From: an uncultured Candidatus Saccharibacteria bacterium
Lineage (GTDB): Bacteria; Patescibacteriota; Minisyncoccia; Phycocordibacterales; DATDWN01
NCBI GenBank assembly: GCA_964616425.1
Contig: CAZTQY010000002.1
Span: 68,910-119,154, forward strand
Reading direction: 5' to 3'
DNA: 50,245 bases
Position numbers and translations under genes: made by a program. Each line of letters starts with the position of its first letter. Position 1 is the stretch's first letter. Below the pieces are notes generated by a model, which saw only the letters and a program-made list of their open reading frames with translations, searched no databases and was not told the DNA's origin. Below are positions 37,031 to 44,591 of the stretch, in pieces.

Positions 37031-38755
37031 CTATTTTAAATCATCATCTTGTATTTTTTTCATCTGAGTTTCTATATATAGATCAATCTGACTAATAGAA
37101 TTTTTAAGCTCTTCGATGGCATCTTGTTCTTCAGCAGAAAGCTTTGCTTTTTTTCGTGATTTTTCCAACAAATTTAATTGTTTTTCTGTCTCAGTAGAAA
37201 GTAATTTGAAAGCTTTGTGGACGCGAACAGACATCAAATCAAAATCATTTTTGTAGTTGTATCGTAATTTATGGATCTTATACCAGCTATACATCAAAAG
37301 CAGTATGAACAACAGTAGCAGTATTACAGCAGGAATTAAAACTTTAAGTAGCTCAACTGTATATGAACCAACACTTAGTAAAACTGGTTTTGTTGCAGTA
37401 ATACTAACTTTTTGAGAAGAGGCAACTGTTTCTCCGTCATTTTTCAAGATCTCAGCCCAAAGTAAATACTTTCCTGACTCACTAATAGGTTTACTTTTAA
37501 AATTAAATTTAGAATAGCTATCTGCAGTGATTCTATAGTTTTCTATAGTTGATCCTTCCTTACTTAATGACACAGAAACTATTGCTCCAGCGTATGGAGC
37601 AGTTCCGCTTGCCTCAACACTTTCACCGACTTTAACTTTGATTGGATAAGAATCAATACTTATTTGAGTAATAACATCTGTAACTACAGAAATTTTCTTT
37701 TCAGTAAAATTACCGGCTTTATCATACACACGAATTGTAATATTATGCTTTCCTATTGAAGCTATTGGAATATTTGAAAAACCAACACCAGAAGAATCAG
37801 CTTTGAAAATAAAAGGTGTATCAGAATCAATTTGTGCACTATAGTAGTCTATGCCAGATAGATTGTCAGAAGCAGTTACACTCAAACTCAACCTTCCACC
37901 TGAATCCTTTTCCGTATTTACAGATACATCAGTTGGACTCTCACTATCGATCTGGATTCTATAATGTGTAATGTTAGACCAACCATTTGCGGTTAAATAA
38001 TTGATATGGAAATACCATATTCCGTCACTTAAATTTTCAATACTTTTACTTTTAATTGGAGACGAGTAGAGAACAGTTGGACTAGATACGGCACGAGTAC
38101 CTAGTAAAGTTTTTACAGCCTGAGCATTTTTTGGCAATACCCATGATAGTTCAACATCACCTTCCTTGTACCAAGTTGTTTGATCTGGGTGTGTAGAAGA
38201 TGTTACAGACAGAGCAGAATCAACTGTATCAATCTGAACTTTTTGTTCTGCAGGTGTTTCTACTGAACTACTAATGTTTATGGTTGATCCAGTTTTGGTT
38301 GATAAAATGTCTGTACCTAGACCATCATTTTCCCTGACAGCAGAGTTTGCAAAAAATATCGAAGCAACACCAGACTTTTTAGCTCTAAACACCACAGATA
38401 TAACCTTGCCGGCTGAACCAGTATAGCCAGGGTTAGGTATCCCTCCATTTAAAGTAATTTCTCCAGATATATTTGAAAAAGATGGATCGTCTACCCAAAG
38501 TGAAAAAATAGAGGATGATCTGTCTATTGAGACAACTTCAATATAGTCCTTTGGAAAATTAATTATTGTTTCCGCATTATTAATAATTTTTCCTTCAGTG
38601 TTAACTAGGATATTTACAGTGAATATGTTTCCAGCTGATACAGCTGTCACTGTTGGTTGAATATATAGACTAGCTGCAAATGCGCTCTTTACTGGAAGCG
38701 CAAAGAAACAAATTAGCAAAAATATGAAAATATATTTTAATCTAAATAAATTCAT
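37031..38755 (-). CDS. Cohesin-like domain protein with Ig-like repeats, C-terminal TM anchor and coiled-coil cytoplasmic tail
   Basis: Sec-type signal (MNLFRLKYIFIFLLICFFALPVKSAFA). The N-terminal module, SLYIQP...FTVNILVNTEGK...SIFSLWV...GGIPNPGYTGSAGKVISVVF, resembles a cohesin. TM helix LIPAVILLLLFILLLMY lies near the C-terminus. I chose the ATG at 38755 rather than 38797. Confidence 0.65.
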   Translation of the reverse strand: MNLFRLKYIFIFLLICFFALPVKSAFAASLYIQPTVTAVSAGNIFTVNILVNTEGKIINNAETIINFPKDYIEVVSIDRSSSIFSLWVDDPSFSNISGEITLNGGIPNPGYTGSAGKVISVVFRAKKSGVASIFFANSAVRENDGLGTDILSTKTGSTINISSSVETPAEQKVQIDTVDSALSVTSSTHPDQTTWYKEGDVELSWVLPKNAQAVKTLLGTRAVSSPTVLYSSPIKSKSIENLSDGIWYFHINYLTANGWSNITHYRIQIDSESPTDVSVNTEKDSGGRLSLSVTASDNLSGIDYYSAQIDSDTPFIFKADSSGVGFSNIPIASIGKHNITIRVYDKAGNFTEKKISVVTDVITQISIDSYPIKVKVGESVEASGTAPYAGAIVSVSLSKEGSTIENYRITADSYSKFNFKSKPISESGKYLLWAEILKNDGETVASSQKVSITATKPVLLSVGSYTVELLKVLIPAVILLLLFILLLMYSWYKIHKLRYNYKNDFDLMSVRVHKAFKLLSTETEKQLNLLEKSRKKAKLSAEEQDAIEELKNSISQIDLYIETQMKKIQDDDLK

Positions 38756-39623
38756 TTTTTCGTTTTTTATACCAAACAAACACCAAAACCAAAACAACTA
38801 GAGCAAAAACAACTAGCATAGTATATGTATATGATTTCTTTCCTATTTCGTATACCGAAACAGTTTTATTTCCAGCTCTGTCGAATGCAGTAACAATAAT
38901 CTTTTCGTCAGTATCCTGGTTTTGTAACACATAAGGCGAGCTTGATCTTACAGGCCCTATTTCCCCTTCTGCAACTTCAAAATAATCAATACCAGATTCT
39001 TTATCTGTTGTATTAAAAGTTATAAAAGTTTTATTTGAGAACAGAGAATCATCTTTACCTTCTATAATTTCAAATGATGCTGGAGAAGTTTTATCACTCA
39101 AGACAATATCGTCCCACTCATTAATATTTTTTGTAGATAAATTAGCAGAAGATACTATAGTTATATTTTTATTTTGAGTTTCTAACTTTGTTCCCTTACC
39201 ATCATTCAAGAAAACAAATGTGTTCTGTGGCGTAATACTTATTTCACCTTTTTTTTCTACTTCTAGCACAACACTAAACACGTTAACTCTTGATGATTTT
39301 ATTCCTCTTGGGATACCGCCTGTATAAGAAATAATTTTTCCGCTTTCCGAAATAGATGGAGATCTAGGCCAAAGCGTAAAATCTGAACCCGCCACACTTA
39401 TTGCCTTTATTACAAAACCAACATTTGTATTTATTGAGATTTCACCATCTATACTGTTTATATCCTGACCCTCAGTGTCTAAAACTACTCTAGCAACCAC
39501 GACATCACCAACAGACAAATCACTAGAAGATCTTTTTATATTTAAAGTAGCTCCATTAGCTATAAAAGGCATGACAGCAAATAGTATTATTATCAGTTTT
39601 ATGTATTTGTAGAGTTTTTTCAT
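38742..39623 (-). CDS. Cohesin-like domain protein with C-terminal TM anchor
   Basis: Signal peptide, a module paralogous to the previous gene (TLNIKRS...VVARVVLDTEGQDINS...FTLWP...GGIPRGIKSSRVNVFSVVLEV), and a C-terminal TM helix (MLVVFALVVLVLVFVWY). It overlaps the next gene by 14 nt. Confidence 0.65.
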   Translation of the reverse strand: MKKLYKYIKLIIILFAVMPFIANGATLNIKRSSSDLSVGDVVVARVVLDTEGQDINSIDGEISINTNVGFVIKAISVAGSDFTLWPRSPSISESGKIISYTGGIPRGIKSSRVNVFSVVLEVEKKGEISITPQNTFVFLNDGKGTKLETQNKNITIVSSANLSTKNINEWDDIVLSDKTSPASFEIIEGKDDSLFSNKTFITFNTTDKESGIDYFEVAEGEIGPVRSSSPYVLQNQDTDEKIIVTAFDRAGNKTVSVYEIGKKSYTYTMLVVFALVVLVLVFVWYKKRKNEFI

Positions 39624-39626
39624 AAA

Positions 39627-42575
39627 TTATTTTTTATCCCACTGATAAAGCAGAATTGAAAAATCAACTGAATCAACTTTTCCATCTTTGTTTATATCAA
39701 CTCTAGTATTTTTAAATGGAGGAGATGTTTTCCAGAATGCGAGCAAAATTGAGAAATCTACAGAGTTTACTTTTCCATCTTGATTAAAATCTGAAGTTTT
39801 TATTGCGCCAGTTACAACTGTAGCTAAAGAGTTGTTTGTGGAAGCTATTGGTGCACCTCCACCACCTCCACCGCCTCCTCCACCACCACCTGAAGTTCCA
39901 CCTCCAGTACTACTACCCGCAACTGCTGTAAAACTTCTAGAAGCTCCTGAACTTTCAGTACCGAAATACACTACTGACTTAAAGTAGTAACTACCTGGGG
40001 TAGGAACTGTCGCAGTTAGAGTTGTATTAAAATCTTCACCAGGATTTATAAATTTAGCTGCTGAACCGTAATAAACATCATTTCCTCCACCACAGGCGTT
40101 ATTTTGAGAACTCACAACACACCATTCATAGTGGTATTCATAACCAGTGAGACCTTCATTAGTGATAGTTAAATTTGCTGCAATATCAGGAACCACTAAC
40201 GGACTGACACTGTTGATTATTACTTGAGCAGGAGAACCTGTTACATCCCAATAATCATTTGTTTGGATTGTCTGACCACTTTGAACTTCAACATTTACGA
40301 CTGATTCCCACGCTCCTTGTGCTGCATTTGAAGCTACAGAGTATGTGTATTCATATACTCCAGTAGATATATTTGTCATACTGACATTCGATACAACAAC
40401 ATTTCTACTTGAATCATAAATTGTTATTGCTGGAGCTGCAAAAGGATTAGTATCTTGTCCTGAATTACTTACATATATCTTTGCTCTATAGGTATTGCCT
40501 TCAAGAATTGTTTCGGTATTTGAAAGTCTTACTGACCATGGTCCAGAGATTACTGAAATGGCTGAAGTTAATGAAGAATTCAATGAAGTAGTAGCTGTTG
40601 TTACAACGGCATTTGTATTTGAATTAATTTGTGATGTCACAGAACTTGAAGCATTTTGAACATCAGAGAGTGTCGCCAATGATCCAGTATCTAATGTTCC
40701 ACTAGTTAAAGTTCTATTATTAAAGTTCCAAATATCTGACACTGTTAACGAACCTCCGCCGATAGTTGAAGACTGAGAGTCTAGATTTATTGCGATTTGA
40801 TTACCAATTGAACCCAGAGTAGTCAAAGTAGTTGTTGAAACACCCCAAATATCAGCCACAAGTGTTCCAAATGTTGTCAGAGATCGTGAACCATATGCCC
40901 ACACATTAGCTGGGACAGACAATATTGAACTAGCTAGTTGAGATACGATAGATGATGAGGCTGTGGCAACTATGCTGTTTGTGTTGGCATTAATATTTGC
41001 AGCAAGTGATGTTGATGCGTTTAGGATGGCGCTATCTGTATTTGAGTTAACTGCTGATGTGATTCCGGATGTTGCAGAGTTTGTGTTCGCGTTAACTACA
41101 GCAGCAAGTGAAGATGTTGCTGTTTGAACATCAGATAATGTAGCTAGAGAACCTGTATCTAAGCTTGAACCAGTTAGAGTACGAGTAACTGAACTCCAGA
41201 CGTCAGTTGCTAGAGTACCGAAGGATGTGAGTGTTCGGCTACCTGATGACCAAACATTAGCTGGAATCGATGTGATTGATGATAATATCTGAGAAACAAT
41301 AGATGAAGAAGCGTTAGCTATTGATGAATCAGTATTTGCACCAACAACTGCGACAATAGACGTTGAAGCTGTATTTAATGCTGTATCAGTGTGACTATTT
41401 ACAGAAGAAGTAATTCCGCTTGTCGCTGAGTTTGTATTTGAATTAATTTGTGATGTCACAGAACTTGATGCATTTTGAACGTCAGAGAGTGTGGCTAGAG
41501 AGCCTGTATCTAGACCAGAGCCGGTAAGTGTTCTTGTAACAGAACTCCAAACATCTGTAGCCAGTGTTCCAAATGTTGTCAGAGATCGTGAACCATATGC
41601 CCACACATTAGCTGGGACAGACAATATTGAACTAGCTAGTTGAGATACGATAGATGATGAGGCTGTGGCAACTATGCTGTTTGTGTTGGCATTAATATTT
41701 GCAGCAAGTGATGTTGATGCGTTTAGGATGGCGCTATCTGTATTTGAGTTAACTGCTGATGTGATTCCGGATGTTGCAGAGTTTGTGTTCGCGTTAACTA
41801 CAGCAGCAAGTGAAGATGTTGCTGTTTGAACATCAGATAATGTAGCTAGAGAACCTGTATCTAAGCTTGAACCAGTTAGAGTACGAGTAACTGAACTCCA
41901 GACGTCAGTTGCTAATGTGCCGAAGGATGTGAGTGAACGAGTTCCAGCTGTCCAAATATCAGAAACCAAAGTTCCAAATGATGTTAATGTCCTACCAGAA
42001 TAACCCCAAAGGAGTGACGGTAACAACGTAACTATAGAGGATGATGCATTTTCAATCGAAGTATTCAAGCTAGATATACTAGTGTTTGCAGAAGAAATAG
42101 GAGCATCTAGATTTGAATTTATCTGTTGACCAACAGTTCCACTGTTATTTATTGTAGAAGTTGCAACATTCCAAACTGCAGCAGCAACTGTGGTGGTTGA
42201 TACAGACGAAGTAACAATAAAAGTTTTGTCTTGTTTTATCAAATCAACTCCTGCAGTACCACAAGACATATATGCCGGCCAAGTACCTTCTATAGGTGAA
42301 GGCGTAAAGGAATAATAGTGCCAACCGTCAGCATCAGCACTCATTGTCACTGCGTTGACTACTGTGGAGCCACTAGGATCTTTAACTGTTACCTCGCAAT
42401 CATCAGTTGAAGCAGTAAAATCATCATTATACAAATATTCCCCAAGTGTAACTGTAAAATTTGGGGCATACTGCTGATATTCAGCAAATAAATGTAATGG
42501 TATCAACAAAAGACCAAATATTAAAAATTTTACAGTCAACCCAAAAATTTTTTTACGGTCTTTTTCGATCTCCAT
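39627..42575 (-). CDS. Large secreted S/T/A/N-rich repeat protein with two beta-sandwich-like domains, a poly-Gly linker and a C-terminal type-I-like dockerin
   Basis: Sec-type signal. About five RxLT(S/T)FGTLxxDxW ... LDTGSLATLSDVQ modules. GGGTSGGGGGGGGGGG linker. Duplicated calcium-loop segments DFNQDGKVNSVDFSILL and DINKDGKVDSVDFSILL. Confidence 0.75.
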   Translation of the reverse strand: MEIEKDRKKIFGLTVKFLIFGLLLIPLHLFAEYQQYAPNFTVTLGEYLYNDDFTASTDDCEVTVKDPSGSTVVNAVTMSADADGWHYYSFTPSPIEGTWPAYMSCGTAGVDLIKQDKTFIVTSSVSTTTVAAAVWNVATSTINNSGTVGQQINSNLDAPISSANTSISSLNTSIENASSSIVTLLPSLLWGYSGRTLTSFGTLVSDIWTAGTRSLTSFGTLATDVWSSVTRTLTGSSLDTGSLATLSDVQTATSSLAAVVNANTNSATSGITSAVNSNTDSAILNASTSLAANINANTNSIVATASSSIVSQLASSILSVPANVWAYGSRSLTTFGTLATDVWSSVTRTLTGSGLDTGSLATLSDVQNASSSVTSQINSNTNSATSGITSSVNSHTDTALNTASTSIVAVVGANTDSSIANASSSIVSQILSSITSIPANVWSSGSRTLTSFGTLATDVWSSVTRTLTGSSLDTGSLATLSDVQTATSSLAAVVNANTNSATSGITSAVNSNTDSAILNASTSLAANINANTNSIVATASSSIVSQLASSILSVPANVWAYGSRSLTTFGTLVADIWGVSTTTLTTLGSIGNQIAINLDSQSSTIGGGSLTVSDIWNFNNRTLTSGTLDTGSLATLSDVQNASSSVTSQINSNTNAVVTTATTSLNSSLTSAISVISGPWSVRLSNTETILEGNTYRAKIYVSNSGQDTNPFAAPAITIYDSSRNVVVSNVSMTNISTGVYEYTYSVASNAAQGAWESVVNVEVQSGQTIQTNDYWDVTGSPAQVIINSVSPLVVPDIAANLTITNEGLTGYEYHYEWCVVSSQNNACGGGNDVYYGSAAKFINPGEDFNTTLTATVPTPGSYYFKSVVYFGTESSGASRSFTAVAGSSTGGGTSGGGGGGGGGGGGAPIASTNNSLATVVTGAIKTSDFNQDGKVNSVDFSILLAFWKTSPPFKNTRVDINKDGKVDSVDFSILLYQWDKK
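40861..41914. repeat. Two identical 352-bp direct repeats (40861-41212 and 41563-41914) offset by 702 bp (234 codons) inside the dockerin-protein gene
   Basis: I compared the two copies base by base in the listing. They first differ at 41213 versus 41915 and at 40860 versus 41562. More diverged copies of the same module flank them, for example 40618 versus 41437. Confidence 0.9.
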
Positions 42576-42609
42576 ATATACTCAATGTTCAAAAAACAAA
42601 AAAATAAAA

Positions 42610-42759
42610 CTATTTCTTTATATCATCCTTAAATGCACCCCTAAGCTGTCGTATTGCATCAGCAACACCTTTTGTTAACTCTGGAATTTTCTTTGCGCCA
42701 AACAAAAAAACAATCAACACTGCGATTATTATTATTTCTTTTGTTCCTAAATCAAACAT
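42610..42759 (-). CDS. tatA: Sec-independent translocase subunit TatA/E, 49 aa (not in the ORF track)
   Basis: My own translation: MFDLGTKEIIIIAVLIVFLFGAKKIPELTKGVADAIRQLRGAFKDDIKK. It has an N-terminal TM helix, the FG hinge and an amphipathic helix typical of TatA. Confidence 0.8.
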   Translation of the reverse strand: MFDLGTKEIIIIAVLIVFLFGAKKIPELTKGVADAIRQLRGAFKDDIKK

Positions 42760-42782
42760 ATTTTTGTTTTATTTATTATTAA

Positions 42783-42962
42783 TTACTTCTTCTTAGTGTT
42801 CACACCACTATTTTCGTCTTGAGAATCATCACTAAATGCTTTTCGTAGATTTCTTATCCCCTCGGCAATACCCTTTGTTAACTCAGGAATTTTCTTTGAA
42901 CCAAACAGGAGCACAATCACCGCTGCAATTATTATTATTTCTTTTGTTCCAAGTCCAAACAT
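42783..42962 (-). CDS. tatA: Sec-independent translocase subunit TatA/E paralog, 59 aa (not in the ORF track)
   Basis: My own translation: MFGLGTKEIIIIAAVIVLLFGSKKIPELTKGIAEGIRNLRKAFSDDSQDENSGVNTKKK. Confidence 0.8.
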   Translation of the reverse strand: MFGLGTKEIIIIAAVIVLLFGSKKIPELTKGIAEGIRNLRKAFSDDSQDENSGVNTKKK

Positions 42963-42986
42963 ATATTTGTTTTATTTATTAATTAA

Positions 42987-43721
42987 TTATACTGCTTTAA
43001 CGGATAAGCGCTCTTTGCTATATGAGTTTACTAAAATTGTTAACTCATATATTGCAACTAATGGTAGCGACATTACCACTAATGATAAACCATCAGTTGG
43101 TGGAAGTAAAGAAACGAATACAAATATAGCAACAACTGCTTGACGACGTTTTGATTTTAAGAAATCTACATTCAAAATGTTCATTTTAATCATAAAAGTT
43201 ATAACTATTGGGAACTGAAATATCACTCCGAGCAAAGCAGATGTTAAAACCATTTGTGATATAAACCTGCTAATATCCCAAAGATTTACAACGCCAAGGG
43301 ACACATTTACTTTAGCTATTATTTTTAGAGCAAAATACAAAGTTGCAAAGCCATATGAGAACCCTGTAATAAAAAGTAAGAGTCCAACAGGTAACAATTT
43401 AATAAAAAATTTCTTTTCATTAGACAAAAGGCCAGAACTTAAAAAAGAGTAAACTTGAAATACCAAAACTGGTAATGTAACAATTATTGCTGAAAACACA
43501 CCAATACTCATAGCCAAATCTACAATTTGAAATGGAGAGGTTGTTGTTATCACTACATCTTCAATTTTTAAAAATCTAATAAAAAACTTCAAAAATGGTG
43601 TAGTGAAGAAAAAACCAACACAAAAAACAATAATAAATAATATTACTAGCCTATATAATCTCATTCTTACATCTTCTAGATACTCTCCGTATTCAGTAAC
43701 GTATCTTTTTAATTCATCCAT
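42987..43721 (-). CDS. tatC: Sec-independent translocase subunit TatC
   Basis: 244 aa, six TM segments, an N-terminal ...YLEDVRMRLYRLV motif, and adjacency to two tatA genes. Confidence 0.8.
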   Translation of the reverse strand: MDELKRYVTEYGEYLEDVRMRLYRLVILFIIVFCVGFFFTTPFLKFFIRFLKIEDVVITTTSPFQIVDLAMSIGVFSAIIVTLPVLVFQVYSFLSSGLLSNEKKFFIKLLPVGLLLFITGFSYGFATLYFALKIIAKVNVSLGVVNLWDISRFISQMVLTSALLGVIFQFPIVITFMIKMNILNVDFLKSKRRQAVVAIFVFVSLLPPTDGLSLVVMSLPLVAIYELTILVNSYSKERLSVKAV

Positions 43722-43726
43722 AAAGG

Positions 43727-43912
43727 TTACTCAGACATTATGAAAATATTTGATCCACCACCGGTGACTTGCGGGATTTCTAATATAAGATTCTGACAAC
43801 CACTTGATTCAACTAAAATATCATCAAAACCACCCGTATATACAACACTTGGTAGTTCTACTAGGAAATCCTGACCTTCACCTGATTGGAAACAAATATC
43901 TTTAAATGCCAT
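43727..43912 (-). CDS. Hypothetical small protein, 61 aa
   Basis: Tightly packed in the operon, with 5-nt gaps on both sides. I recognised no family. Confidence 0.4.
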   Translation of the reverse strand: MAFKDICFQSGEGQDFLVELPSVVYTGGFDDILVESSGCQNLILEIPQVTGGGSNIFIMSE

Positions 43913-43916
43913 AAAT

Positions 43917-44588
43917 TTATACTATTTTTCTAGAAGGTTTGTTAGTTAGCATACTTATTGGCTTATCCAGTAGCACTTCTTCTGCGGGGACAACCTCTGG
44001 TACCGCAATATTTTCAGGTATAACCTCAGGAGCAACTGGTTCAATTGGGGTTTCACCTACTGGTGTTTCTTCTACCGGCAACTCTTCTACAGGAGGCTCT
44101 TCTACTGGAACTTCTTCAGGTGTTTCCTCCACCGGAACTTCTTCTTCCACCATAGGAACCTCTTCCTCAACCGAAGTTTCTTCAACAGGAGTCTCTTCTT
44201 CGGCAGGAACCTCTTCTACAGGAGATTCCATCTGACCTTCAGTCTTAGCCTGCTCATCGCTTATTACTTGGTCGAGAGATGTAGGTTCGAGAGAACCTTC
44301 ATCCATCTGAGAAAGTAATTCATTTGTCATACGAACATATGAGGCAGCCGTATGAGTTGACTCTGCGTCTATTTTTAATATTTCTTCCCCTAATTCTTTC
44401 GCGCTATTAAAACGATACACCATACCCCCATATTTTATGTATTGCGCTGCAAATGAACCTGCAACAATATCAGGATTATCTATATTACAGAACTCGATCA
44501 ACACATTGTCAGCATAATCCCCAGTGGCAGTAACCACTTTTAAATTTTCATTATCTGCAACACCTTGACCTTGTTCAATGTGAATCAT
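43917..44588 (-). CDS. Hypothetical protein with a globular N-terminal domain and an acidic Pro/Glu/Val repeat tail
   Basis: The C-terminal 90 aa consist of (E/P)VPVEE(T/P)-type repeats encoded at about 43990-44225. No signal peptide. Confidence 0.5.
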   Translation of the reverse strand: MIHIEQGQGVADNENLKVVTATGDYADNVLIEFCNIDNPDIVAGSFAAQYIKYGGMVYRFNSAKELGEEILKIDAESTHTAASYVRMTNELLSQMDEGSLEPTSLDQVISDEQAKTEGQMESPVEEVPAEEETPVEETSVEEEVPMVEEEVPVEETPEEVPVEEPPVEELPVEETPVGETPIEPVAPEVIPENIAVPEVVPAEEVLLDKPISMLTNKPSRKIV

Positions 44589-44591
44589 AAA

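Noticed and set aside
40600-42000. The regularly spaced repeats as a CRISPR array.
   Set aside because: The repeat units are hundreds of bp long, are translated in one continuous 982-codon frame and encode a periodic protein motif. There are no short repeat/spacer alternations and no cas genes.
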